DNA from: an uncultured Alphaproteobacteria bacterium | GTDB lineage: Bacteria; Pseudomonadota; Alphaproteobacteria; RF32; CAG-239 | Reading direction: 5' to 3' | NCBI GenBank assembly: GCA_934255405.1 | Contig: CAKQNT010000007.1 | Location: 286-64,285 of the forward strand | Length of the DNA: 64,000 nucleotides | Shown: piece after piece, positions 31,862 through 41,127 of the stretch | How the letters are laid out: every line of letters begins with the position of its first letter | Position numbering within the stretch: position 1 is the stretch's first letter | Program-made: the position numbers and the translations under genes | The notes under the pieces: model-generated | Database searches by the model: none | Seen by the model: only the letters and a program-made list of their open reading frames with translations | Told to the model about the DNA's origin: nothing

Positions 31862-31937
31862 TGGTGATCCCAACCAGAATCGAACTGGTGTTCTCGCCGT
31901 GAGAGGGCGATGTCCTAGGCCGCTAGACGATGGGACC
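31862..31937 (-). tRNA. tRNA-Glu (anticodon CUC)
   Basis: reverse complement GGTCCCATCGTCTAGCGGCCTAGGACATCGCCCTCTCACGGCGAGAACACCAGTTCGATTCTGGTTGGGATCACCA; Glu-type D-arm; anticodon loop CTCTCAC; encoded CCA. Confidence 0.85.
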
Positions 31938-32021
31938 ATAACCATAAGACATCACCTTAATAATCTAAAAAAAATTAACTTGCAAGAAGTTTTTTGCAAT
32001 TTTATTAAAAATCCTCAATTG

Positions 32022-33596
32022 TTATTGCACATGGTTTAGCATATATACGTTGTCAAATCCCCGCTGTGCCAGAATCTGATAAGCGATATAGGCTCCGTAG
32101 CCGCTGTTGTCGTACAATGCCATTTTCTTGTTTTTGGGCAGTAGCGGATAACTTTCGCGCAGATATGGCAACGGAAAGTTTATGGCTCCGGGCTGATGAC
32201 CTCTGGCGAAGCTTTCCGGAGAGCGAATGTCCACCAGCAAAGTGTCTTTGTCAATTGCAGAAAGAGTGTGCAACTTGCCGGATAAGACTTCTTGCGCCAG
32301 AGAGCCGAGATTGTTTAGGGCGTCTTTGGCATTTGCAAATGGCGGAGAATATGCAACCTCCAGATTTATTAAATCACTTATTGAGCCGCCCCGCTGAATA
32401 AGAGCGCTTACGGCATTAATCCGTTCCGGCACTCCGGCCTTGCCGACTGCTTGAAAACCCAATATTTGCCCATCTGCGGCAAACAGCAGCTTGAGGTGTA
32501 GTTTTTGCGCGTTGGGATAATATCCGGCATGATTGTTTTGCCGCAGATACAAACGATGATATTTTATTCCTGCCGCTTGTAATTTTGCCTCTGAACATCC
32601 GGTTGTCGCCGCGATGTAATCAAAAACCTTAATAATATCTGTGCCGATAAAATTAGAAAATTCGCCTTTTTCTCCACAAATATGGTCTGCGGCAACCCGA
32701 GCTTGTTTGAGGGCTGAAGATGCGTTGCTCCAGCGCTCGGGACGGTTGGTGATTTTGTTGATAATCTCCACATTATCGCCACAGGCGTAGATATCGGCAT
32801 CGTTAGTTTGCATAAATTTGTTGGTTTTGATGCCGCCGCTTTGCCCAACTCCCAAATCCGCCATAATCGGGAGTTTAATATCCGGTTTGTTTCCGGTGGC
32901 GATAATTGCCATATCGTATTTTAGCTTTTTCCCGCTGCTTAGCTTGACCTCTGTAGAGCCAAATGATCGAACTTGCGTGTTGAGATAGAGTTTTATTCCT
33001 TTGTCCTGAAGCTCTTGTTCAACAATTTCTGCCATATCCTTATCCATGTTTGGCAAAATATGGTTGCTCATATCAATCAGATATACTTTTGCCTTGAGCG
33101 CAGAAAAAGCCTCGGCGGCTTCAATGCCGACACTGCCGGCGCCCAGAATCAGAACTCGCAAAGCGCCGGTGCCAAAATAATAATCGCGAATTTTGCCAAT
33201 GCCAGAAATCGAACGAATTGTAAATATATTGTCTCCCAAAATTCCATTGATATCCGGCCTTAGTTGCAAGGCGCCGGTAGCAATTATGAGCTTGTCATAA
33301 GTCTCGGATTGGTGGTTGAGTATCATCACTCTTTTTTCGGAGCGATCAATTCCTATCACTTCATTTTCCAAGCGAACATCTATACGAAAAACGTCGCGCA
33401 TTTGTTCGATTGTTGCGCCGATTAATTCGTCTTTACTCTTAATCAAACCCGCAAGCAAATAGGTGAGTCCGCAGTTTGCAACCGCAAATTCATCGCTTTT
33501 TTCCAGCACAATGATTTGCGCTTTTTCGTTCATTCGTCGTAGTCTGGTTGCGGCAGAAATTCCGGCGCTGCCGCCGCCGATAATCACTACTTTCAT
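32022..33596 (-). CDS. CoA-disulfide reductase/NADH oxidase-family FAD oxidoreductase with C-terminal rhodanese-like domain
   Basis: VVIIGGGSAG FAD motif; redox-active VANCGLTY cysteine; second NAD(P) Rossmann (LILGAGSVGIE); C-terminal ~100-aa rhodanese-like domain lacking a catalytic Cys. Confidence 0.75.
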   Translation of the reverse strand: MKVVIIGGGSAGISAATRLRRMNEKAQIIVLEKSDEFAVANCGLTYLLAGLIKSKDELIGATIEQMRDVFRIDVRLENEVIGIDRSEKRVMILNHQSETYDKLIIATGALQLRPDINGILGDNIFTIRSISGIGKIRDYYFGTGALRVLILGAGSVGIEAAEAFSALKAKVYLIDMSNHILPNMDKDMAEIVEQELQDKGIKLYLNTQVRSFGSTEVKLSSGKKLKYDMAIIATGNKPDIKLPIMADLGVGQSGGIKTNKFMQTNDADIYACGDNVEIINKITNRPERWSNASSALKQARVAADHICGEKGEFSNFIGTDIIKVFDYIAATTGCSEAKLQAAGIKYHRLYLRQNNHAGYYPNAQKLHLKLLFAADGQILGFQAVGKAGVPERINAVSALIQRGGSISDLINLEVAYSPPFANAKDALNNLGSLAQEVLSGKLHTLSAIDKDTLLVDIRSPESFARGHQPGAINFPLPYLRESYPLLPKNKKMALYDNSGYGAYIAYQILAQRGFDNVYMLNHVQ

Positions 33597-33812
33597 TGCG
33601 TTGACCTCCTTTTATGATTTTAAATATCGACTAAACGGCAAATTTTAAGAGGCGGAACCAAAATAAAGGATTTTTTGCTTGACTCTTCCAAATAAAACTA
33701 ATATAAAAACCTCAGATTTTTCAAATGAGATAACGAAAAATTCATCTACTCCGAGGAGTACCGCCAGTCAGCGAGGGTTCGCACACTGGCGCGTTAGAGG
33801 TTTAAATAAGGT

Positions 33813-35201
33813 TTGGCAATGTTCGAAAGTTTGACAGACAAATTAACGGCGGTTTTTAATAAGATTACTTCGCGCGGCGTGCTGAGCGAAGATGATATTA
33901 ATGCCACTATGCGCGAGATTCGCATTGCTCTGTTGGAGGCGGATGTTGCTCTGCCGGTGGTTAAAGAATTTATTGCTCACGTCAAAGAACAGGCATTGGG
34001 TGAAAAGGTTGTTCGTTCAATCCGCCCCGGACAAATGGTGGTTAAGATTGTTCACGATGAGCTTCTAAAACTGCTGGGTGAGGGAGATACTTCTCTCAAT
34101 TTCAAGGCTGTTCCTCCGGTTTCAATCCTTATGCTTGGGCTTCAGGGCTCCGGCAAGACCACCACTTCTGCCAAACTGGCCAAGCGTTTAGCCAAACAAG
34201 GCAAAAAAGTGCTGTTGGCCTCATTGGATGTCTATCGTCCGGCGGCTCAAGAGCAGTTGGCGCAGTTGGCGGGGCAAATCGGAGGTTTTTCTTTGCCGAT
34301 TGTTAAAGGTGAAAAACCTTCTGCTATCACTCGTCGCGCTCTTGATTATGCCAAAAAAGGCGGATTTGATGTAATTATTTTAGACTCTGCCGGTCGTTTA
34401 CATATAGACAATCAGCTGATGGAAGAGGTAATTGAGGTCAAAAAGATTGCTAATCCCACAGAGGTTTTGTTGGTTGCCGATGCTATGATCGGACAAGACG
34501 CCTGCAATGTGGCTAAGGAGTTTCAGGAGCGTGTCGGCGTTACCGGATTGGTGTTGACCAGAATAGACGGTTCTTCTAGAGCCGGAGCGGCGCTTTCTAT
34601 GAAAATGGTTGCCGGAGTGCCTATCAAGTTTTTGGGTACCGGTGAAAAAGTAGATGAGTTTGAGGAATTTCACGCAGATCGTTTGGCAGGTCGCATTTTG
34701 GGGCAGGGCGATGTTGTTTCTTTGGTCGAAAAGGCCATGGAGAATGTTGATCGCGCCGAGACCGAAAGGCTCGCCGCTCAAATGATGAAAGGGCGTTTTG
34801 ACCTCAATATGATGTTGTCTCAGTTGAAGCAGGTTCAAAAACTTGGTTCGCTTGGGGGGATAATTGGAATGATTCCCGGCTTATCCAAGTTCAAGAATCA
34901 GATTGAAGCTGCCGGAGTCGGCGACAATTTGATTAAAAAACAAGAGGCGATTATTCTTTCTATGACCAAAGAAGAAAGAAGTAATCCCGATATTATCAAA
35001 GCATCACGCAAGAAAAGAATTGCGGCAGGCTCCGGAGTTGAAGTTCACGAGGTTAACAAATTGCTCAAGTCTTATGAGCAGATGTCAACCATGATGAAAA
35101 AAATGGGCCGTATGGGGGGTATGCCTTCCATGGCTATGTTAAAGAACTCTCCGTTTGGCAATATGCTGGGCGGAGGAATGGGAAAATTCCCGTTTAAGTA
35201 A
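33813..35201 (+). CDS. ffh: signal recognition particle protein Ffh
   Basis: N, G (GLQGSGKTTT, DTAGR) and Met-rich M domains. Confidence 0.9.
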   Translation: MAMFESLTDKLTAVFNKITSRGVLSEDDINATMREIRIALLEADVALPVVKEFIAHVKEQALGEKVVRSIRPGQMVVKIVHDELLKLLGEGDTSLNFKAVPPVSILMLGLQGSGKTTTSAKLAKRLAKQGKKVLLASLDVYRPAAQEQLAQLAGQIGGFSLPIVKGEKPSAITRRALDYAKKGGFDVIILDSAGRLHIDNQLMEEVIEVKKIANPTEVLLVADAMIGQDACNVAKEFQERVGVTGLVLTRIDGSSRAGAALSMKMVAGVPIKFLGTGEKVDEFEEFHADRLAGRILGQGDVVSLVEKAMENVDRAETERLAAQMMKGRFDLNMMLSQLKQVQKLGSLGGIIGMIPGLSKFKNQIEAAGVGDNLIKKQEAIILSMTKEERSNPDIIKASRKKRIAAGSGVEVHEVNKLLKSYEQMSTMMKKMGRMGGMPSMAMLKNSPFGNMLGGGMGKFPFK

Positions 35202-35223
35202 ACAAATATAGAAAGGAAAATAA

Positions 35224-35634
35224 ATGTCAGTACGTATCAGACTGTCCCGTGGTGGTTCTAAGAAACGTCCGTTTTACAAAGTTGTAGCCGCTGATCAGCG
35301 CGCTCCTCGCGATGGCCGTTTTATCGAGAGATTGGGTTCTTACAACCCGATGTTGCCCAAAGACCACGCCGAGAGATTCGTTATCAATGAAGAGCGTGTA
35401 AAATATTGGCTTTCTAACGGTGCAGAGCCGACAGAAAGATTGCAGAAGATGTTGTCTTCTCTGGGCTTGGTTGCTGCTCCTGCTACTCGTGAACAGCCCA
35501 AGAAGTCTGCTCCCAAGGCCAAAGCCGTAGAGCGTATGAAAGAAAAAGAAGAAAAAGCAAAAGCTGCCGCTGAGGCTGCTGCTGCCGCCGCTGCCGAAGC
35601 TGCTGCTCCGGCTGAGGAAGCTTCTGCCGAATAA
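35224..35634 (+). CDS. rpsP: 30S ribosomal protein S16 with Ala/Lys-rich C-terminal tail
   Basis: [19 protein letters not shown]-terminus; extended [14 protein letters not shown] tail typical of alphaproteobacteria. Confidence 0.9.
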   Translation: MSVRIRLSRGGSKKRPFYKVVAADQRAPRDGRFIERLGSYNPMLPKDHAERFVINEERVKYWLSNGAEPTERLQKMLSSLGLVAAPATREQPKKSAPKAKAVERMKEKEEKAKAAAEAAAAAAAEAAAPAEEASAE

Positions 35635-35676
35635 CAAATTTTTTAGTTACCTGCCGTCTTAAACAAGGATTCTTAA

Positions 35677-36210
35677 ATGACCGCATCAAACAAAATCTGC
35701 TTAGGCGCCATTGTCGGGGTGCATGGAATCAGAGGTGAAGTTAAAGTCAAAAGCTTTACCGAAGATGAGAAAAACCTCACACACTATGGTTTGCTTTCCA
35801 ATCTGGAGGGTAATCGCAAGTTTGAGCTGAAGATTGTCGGACATTCCAAAGAATTACTCCGTGTTAAGGTTAAAGGGGTCGAGGATCGCAACGTGGCAGA
35901 AACTCTTGTTGGCACGGGGCTGTATGTGGAGCGCTCGCTCTTGCCCGAGTTGCCGGAGGAGGAATATTACCACAGTGACCTTATCGGTCTTATGGCGCTA
36001 AATGCCAAAGGTGAAAAAGTGGGCACCGTAAACGCCCTTTATAACTTTGGCGCCGGCGATATTATAGAGCTGAAAACGGTTGAGGGACGTTTGGAGATGC
36101 TGCCTTTTACTATGGCGTATGTTCCGACAGTCAACCTAAAAGACGGTTTTATTATTGTTGAGATGATGCAATTTGCACCGGAAGAAGACGGAGCAGACAG
36201 TGAAGGTTAA
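35677..36210 (+). CDS. rimM: ribosome maturation factor RimM
   Basis: [19 protein letters not shown]-terminus, PRC barrel; conserved ffh-rpsP-rimM-trmD-rplS order. Confidence 0.8.
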   Translation: MTASNKICLGAIVGVHGIRGEVKVKSFTEDEKNLTHYGLLSNLEGNRKFELKIVGHSKELLRVKVKGVEDRNVAETLVGTGLYVERSLLPELPEEEYYHSDLIGLMALNAKGEKVGTVNALYNFGAGDIIELKTVEGRLEMLPFTMAYVPTVNLKDGFIIVEMMQFAPEEDGADSEG

Positions 36211-36889
36211 GGTTTTTACCATATTTCCTGAACTGTTCCCCGGATTTTTGGGGAGTTCCCTGACCGGCAAAGCCCTTGATGAGGGCAAATGGTCAATAGA
36301 GGCTGTAAACATTCGCGATTTTGCTTTTGATAAGCATGGATCTGTGGATGATACGCCGACTGGCGGAGGCGCCGGTATGGTTATGCGGCCTGATGTTTTG
36401 GGGGCTGCGCTCAAGGCTCACTATCAAGGCGGACGCCTGATAAATATGAGCCCCAGAGGCAAGCCGTTGACCCAAAAACTGGTGCATGAGCTGGCTCAAG
36501 AGCCCGAACTGAGCATTATATGCAGTCGGTTTGAGGGGGTTGATGAAAGAGTTTTGGAGGCCTTTGGGGCTGAAGATATCTCTATCGGAGACTATGTCTT
36601 GACCGGCGGCGAGCAGGCCGCGCAGATTATGCTGGATGCCATAATCCGCTTGTTGCCCAACGTGCTGGGAAATTCGGAATCTATTGCTGACGAGAGTTTT
36701 GAAAACGCTTTGTTGGAATATCCGCAATATACCAAGCCGGCTGAATGGGAAGGGCGCAAGGTGCCGGATGTTTTGCTCGGCGGGCATCATCAAAAGATAA
36801 GAGACTGGAGATTAGAGCAGTCCAAACAGGTAACAAAGGCCAGACGGCCGGATTTGTGGAAAAAATATCTTGATTCTGAAAAGAATTAG
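36200..36889 (+). CDS. trmD: tRNA (guanine37-N1)-methyltransferase TrmD
   Basis: SPOUT-fold motifs ([25 protein letters not shown]); probable GTG start overlapping the rimM end (the ORF-track Met at 36173 is upstream). Confidence 0.85.
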   Translation: MKVKVFTIFPELFPGFLGSSLTGKALDEGKWSIEAVNIRDFAFDKHGSVDDTPTGGGAGMVMRPDVLGAALKAHYQGGRLINMSPRGKPLTQKLVHELAQEPELSIICSRFEGVDERVLEAFGAEDISIGDYVLTGGEQAAQIMLDAIIRLLPNVLGNSESIADESFENALLEYPQYTKPAEWEGRKVPDVLLGGHHQKIRDWRLEQSKQVTKARRPDLWKKYLDSEKN

Positions 36890-36929
36890 GTGTACAAGCT
36901 AACCAAATACTTACAAAAGGGTAAAAGTA

Positions 36930-37343
36930 ATGAACATTATTGAAAACATTGAAAAAGAGCAGATGAACAAGCTCCTCGAAGGTAAAAATCTTCCTGATTT
37001 CAAACCCGGTGACACTTTGAAGGTTCATACCAAAGTTAAAGAAGGTGACCGTGAGCGTATTCAGGTTTATGAGGGTGTTTGCATTGCCCGCAAGAACGAT
37101 GGCTTGAATTCTTCTTTCACCGTTCGCAAAATTTCTTTCGGTGAAGGCGTTGAGCGTGTATTCCCGCTTTATTCTCCGAATGTAGCAAAGATTGAAGTTG
37201 CTCGTATTGGTAAAATCCGTCGTGCCAAACTTTATTTCTTGCGCGCTTTGCGTGGTCGTTCTGCTCGTATTGCCGACGATTTGTCTGCTGCTTCCAAGGC
37301 TAAAGAGGCTGCTGCCGCTGCTACTGCCGAAGAGAGCAAATAA
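36930..37343 (+). CDS. rplS: 50S ribosomal protein L19
   Basis: [31 protein letters not shown]. Confidence 0.9.
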   Translation: MNIIENIEKEQMNKLLEGKNLPDFKPGDTLKVHTKVKEGDRERIQVYEGVCIARKNDGLNSSFTVRKISFGEGVERVFPLYSPNVAKIEVARIGKIRRAKLYFLRALRGRSARIADDLSAASKAKEAAAAATAEESK

Positions 37344-37368
37344 GTCTGCAATTTGCCGAAACAATCAA

Positions 37369-37400
37369 AACTCCGCCTTATTTGTGCGGAGTTTTTTTGT
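37369..37400 (+). terminator. rho-independent terminator of the rplS operon
   Basis: AACTCCGC-ctta tttgt-GCGGAGTT followed by TTTTTTT. Confidence 0.7.
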
Positions 37401-37455
37401 TGATATTAAAGTTGCGTAAACATTTTTTTGTTAAATATGTAATATAAAAATCGTA

Positions 37456-37484
37456 TTGACAGTTTTGGACAAAAAAGATATACT
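37456..37484 (+). promoter_or_regulatory. near-consensus sigma-70-type promoter (TTGACA-N17-TATACT)
   Basis: exact -35 hexamer and 17-nt spacer ahead of the 37521 ORF. Confidence 0.5.
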
Positions 37485-37520
37485 AAGAGCAATAATAAGC
37501 TTTTTTAGAGGAGAGTTTTA

Positions 37521-38066
37521 ATGAGTGGTGTATATCCGTGTGGTGGTAAGCAGAATGCTCCGGAAAATCAGGAGACTATGGATAAATTCAAGGAGTGGGC
37601 GGTTAAAGTCTCTCAAGGTGTCGGAGCCGCCACTTTGATTGCTGGAGGAATTAAACTATCAGGAGCCGCGCTTGGTTTATGGAAGCAAATGGTAGCAGCT
37701 TCGTCTCCGCTTGATGATGAGCTAACAAAGGCTTTTACAGCAGGCACGATGGGTACTGCTGCTTTGGGTATGGCTGCCGGTGTTGCTATTGCGGCAGCAG
37801 GGGCATATACTGTTTATAAAATGGCCAAAGATCATGACCTTAAGGCCAGATTTTTGCAAGCTGCGGCAAAAGTCAAAAATTCCAAACTCGGACAACGACT
37901 TGATAAATTTGCAACCCCTCTCAAAAAGCAGTTTGCCAAAGGAATGGATGTGAATGTCGGAACTAACTACCGGTATACTATTCTTGATAAAAATGGAGAA
38001 GCTGTTCGCCAATTTCCTAAGGTGTTGTCAAATTTCTTGAAGAAAAAGCTTGGCGGGAGACAGTAA
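37521..38066 (+). CDS. hypothetical membrane protein (181 aa)
   Basis: GGAG RBS, Gly/Ala-rich TM segments; no family recognised. Confidence 0.4.
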   Translation: MSGVYPCGGKQNAPENQETMDKFKEWAVKVSQGVGAATLIAGGIKLSGAALGLWKQMVAASSPLDDELTKAFTAGTMGTAALGMAAGVAIAAAGAYTVYKMAKDHDLKARFLQAAAKVKNSKLGQRLDKFATPLKKQFAKGMDVNVGTNYRYTILDKNGEAVRQFPKVLSNFLKKKLGGRQ

Positions 38067-38418
38067 AATGTCAGATTACGCAACTGAAAACAATTTTGTG
38101 ATTGCAGAGGGAACTCGCGGCGAGCTTTATTTTTTGGTTAGCCCCAAAAAGGACGAGCCCAAACAGCCATATATTGTGTATGATGGGTTTGATCACGCGG
38201 TTTTTATCCGCAACGATGAGCAAAAAATCATTTTGGATTACATCAATCCCGAAGTCCGCGATAAATTGCGCAAGTCCAAAGAAGTATACGTGATTGAGAG
38301 TATTCACGACAATATTCGCGATATCTATCCGGTGCGCATGCAGCAGGTTGAAAAAATTCCGGTTGACTGGAGCAAAATCGGTCTCAAAACTTGGGAAGAA
38401 GCCGCGCTGGCCAATTAA
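38050..38418 (+). CDS. hypothetical protein (~115-122 aa)
   Basis: ORF; likely real start at the internal Met (MSDYAT) preceded by GGGAGA. Confidence 0.35.
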   Translation: MAGDSKMSDYATENNFVIAEGTRGELYFLVSPKKDEPKQPYIVYDGFDHAVFIRNDEQKIILDYINPEVRDKLRKSKEVYVIESIHDNIRDIYPVRMQQVEKIPVDWSKIGLKTWEEAALAN

Positions 38419-38584
38419 ATATATTCTGATTTTGCAAACGAAATCGCCATAGAGCATAAGATTTAGCTAAGCTTATTTAAGCAGAGAGAACGAGCAGGTT
38501 TGTCCATTCTCTGTAATTAGGCATTTACACGTGTCAATTCTTGTGTTACAATATTAATAATATTGTATACATAGGAGTGGTGAT

Positions 38585-40885
38585 ATGCGTGGAATTTGCT
38601 TGACGTTAGCACTAGTTTTAACCAGCACATTGGTCATGGCAAGGTCATATTTTCTGCCTGATTATCAAGGAGCCGGCCTTGAGCATCGTATCCAAAAGAC
38701 AGATAACCAAACCAGCACCATCACCTGTTCTACTTATGGATTGTATAATTCAATCCAAAGCGGTATGACCTGCAGCGTAGTATATCCGGCTTCCGGTCTA
38801 ACCTGCTACACTTGTTCCTGTGATAGCATATATAAATACAGTTCTGCCGATTGTCCAACCCCACCTTATATTTTATCCGATCAATGCAAAGGCAAATATA
38901 AAAGCTGCAGTTGTGACACAACATTATATCCGACCACTTTGGCAACCGGTGGCTGCCCATATGGTTTTATTCCGGATATAAATAATTATTGCGAGGACAA
39001 GCCAGATGGCACCAAACACTATGCCTGTGTTAAACCGGTGTGCAAACCGGATAATATTACGGTAGAAGATTGCCAAGCCCAAGGCGATGGTCATAACTGC
39101 ACGGCTTCTAAAGAAGCAAATTGCACCGACTATTGCGATAGTAATGGCTGTCAGGATAACTGCGCCTATTTAAAACAAACCGGACAAGCACTCTCAAACT
39201 GTCAATATGGCTGTGCTGTCGGCAAAGAAGTCAGCGGTTGCCCAGATTTATGCTATGAATGCGGAGATGCGCCGGAATCCCTGACCGATACTTGTGCGGA
39301 TATTTATGACGGCAAAAGCAATACCAAGGCAATCATCAGCCAGCTGGGAGCAGATGTGCTGGCGGCAACCGCGGCGAATCAATATTATGTCGGTGATAAG
39401 AATGGTGATTTTGGACAAGGCAAATGGTATCTGCCGAGTATTGGCGAACTGGTTGATATGTACGGCACTGATATGTTTAATATATTCGGCGGCAGCGGCA
39501 CAAGCGGTGCAACTGGTAGCTATCTGAGAGAAATTAATGACGCCCTTACTACCCTGTATGACAAAGGCGTTGATACTGATATTCTGTCAGATAGCTATTG
39601 GTCGTCATCAGAACATTCCGCGAATCATGTCTGGACATTAACGGTTTCTTCTGCCAATGGTTCGGGTAACCGCTCTTATGCCCTAAAAGATTATTCAGAT
39701 CATACTTATGTTCGCCCATTCTTGAAAGTTGAAGGTTTACCGTTAAACAGAGCTATTATCGGAAAAGTTCTGTATGATGATAAAACTTGGGATGTTGCAG
39801 GTAGATATTACAGTGGGAACGGTAAGAAACCGGTTGGAATAATTGCCACGATTAATGAAAGAGATAAATTGGTTACAATTGTCAGCCTTAAGAATTTGAC
39901 TTTCAGCACCACAGACAGCAGCAGTAACTTTGATGCCGACAATCCTTATAGCGGTAAGTATGAAGAGAGTACTTGGGCATCGTATGATAAGAGAGAAGTA
40001 AATGTTACTGCCGTTCCCAATTATAGTAGTGACCAACTCAAGAGTATGCTGAGACAATGTACCGCTGGTGAGGCGGAAATCGGCTGTCCTCTTGCTAGTA
40101 TTTCGGTGTCGACCGTATTTGACGGCAAAAGCAATACGCAGAAAATTGTAACACAATTGGGCGAAAAGGGGCTAGCAGCTTATGCCGCCACCCAATTCTA
40201 TGTTGGTGATAAAAACGGCACTTTTGGCCAAGGCACTTGGTACTTACCTGCTATTGGTGAACTGATTGAAATGTATGGCGTTGATTATAGCAAAATAACA
40301 TCCTCCATAGGCACATCAGGTGTGCTTGGTGGGTATATGAAAAGAATTAATACTGCTCTAGAAGCATTAAAAGCTAAAGGAGTCGAGGCTGAAGCAACGA
40401 ACAATCGTGGTTATTGGTCGTCTTCTGAGGAAGGCGATAACGGTGCTTGGGTACTCTGGATAAGTGGTCTCTTCAGTGATGGCAATCGTAATCCTACCAA
40501 TAAGGATTATGGGGAGGGCGTTAGGCCTTTTCAGCTTGTAGAAAATTGCTTTAACCCTGCAATCGGTTCAACACCAAAAATCGGCGATGTTATGTATGAA
40601 GACAAAACTTGGGGCTCGGCCGAGGATTATGATGGGAGCAAAACTCCAGTCGGAATAGTTGTTGCTGTATCGACAGTTTCCGGCTCAGTAAAGATTATCA
40701 ACCTCAAGGATTTAACCTTTAGCTCCGATTACAGTGTCGGCAACTTTGATCCAGATAATCCGTATGGCGGATATTATAAAACCGTATTCTGGGCTAGAAG
40801 AAAGATAGGGAATATTAACGATCTTGGCGACGTTATTTCTAGTACAGTTTTTAAAGCTTTTAGGTACTGTTTTGTCGAGTGGTAA
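38585..40885 (+). CDS. secreted Cys-rich protein with two tandem DUF1566 (Lcl C-terminal-like) repeat modules
   Basis: signal peptide; ~40 Cys in the first 230 aa; two ~280-aa repeats each with a ..DGKSNT..QLG....A...YYVGDKNG.FGQG.WYLP.IGEL..MYG.. core matching the W.LP...EL motif of DUF1566. Confidence 0.5.
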   Translation: MRGICLTLALVLTSTLVMARSYFLPDYQGAGLEHRIQKTDNQTSTITCSTYGLYNSIQSGMTCSVVYPASGLTCYTCSCDSIYKYSSADCPTPPYILSDQCKGKYKSCSCDTTLYPTTLATGGCPYGFIPDINNYCEDKPDGTKHYACVKPVCKPDNITVEDCQAQGDGHNCTASKEANCTDYCDSNGCQDNCAYLKQTGQALSNCQYGCAVGKEVSGCPDLCYECGDAPESLTDTCADIYDGKSNTKAIISQLGADVLAATAANQYYVGDKNGDFGQGKWYLPSIGELVDMYGTDMFNIFGGSGTSGATGSYLREINDALTTLYDKGVDTDILSDSYWSSSEHSANHVWTLTVSSANGSGNRSYALKDYSDHTYVRPFLKVEGLPLNRAIIGKVLYDDKTWDVAGRYYSGNGKKPVGIIATINERDKLVTIVSLKNLTFSTTDSSSNFDADNPYSGKYEESTWASYDKREVNVTAVPNYSSDQLKSMLRQCTAGEAEIGCPLASISVSTVFDGKSNTQKIVTQLGEKGLAAYAATQFYVGDKNGTFGQGTWYLPAIGELIEMYGVDYSKITSSIGTSGVLGGYMKRINTALEALKAKGVEAEATNNRGYWSSSEEGDNGAWVLWISGLFSDGNRNPTNKDYGEGVRPFQLVENCFNPAIGSTPKIGDVMYEDKTWGSAEDYDGSKTPVGIVVAVSTVSGSVKIINLKDLTFSSDYSVGNFDPDNPYGGYYKTVFWARRKIGNINDLGDVISSTVFKAFRYCFVEW

Positions 40886-40909
40886 GTAGATTGTCACACT
40901 ATGCTTCTT

Positions 40910-41009
40910 TATCACCCCTACCTTAATCCTTCCCCGTCGAGGGGAAGGATAGGGAGAGTGCCATATAAGTCTTCCCCCTCGACGGGGGAAGATTTAGATG
41001 GGGGTGATA
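40910..41009. repeat. nested palindromic element: outer 9-bp inverted repeat enclosing two CCTTCCCC-N5-GGGGAAGG-type hairpins
   Basis: TATCACCCC...GGGGTGATA outer arms; inner CCTTCCCCGTCGAGGGGAAGG and TCTTCCCCCTCGACGGGGGAAGA. Confidence 0.6.
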
Positions 41010-41069
41010 AAGGAGCAATGTTATTGCCCGAGCTTCGGCAGCCGTCTTCCCTAAGGTCATTGCCCGAGC

Positions 41070-41127
41070 AGCGGTAGCCGCGAGAAGCAATCCATCTTTA
41101 TCTTGAGGCAAAAATGGATTGCTTCGG
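41070..41127. repeat. dispersed repeat family B copy (GAGAAGCAATCCAT...ATGGATTGCTTC inverted repeat)
   Basis: AGCGGTAGCCGCGAGAAGCAATCCATCTTTATCTTGAGGCAAAAATGGATTGCTTCGGC. Confidence 0.6.

Noticed and set aside
35560-35634. Ala-rich low-complexity run at the 3' end of rpsP
   Set aside because: Lineage-typical C-terminal extension of S16 in alphaproteobacteria, not an independent repeat element.
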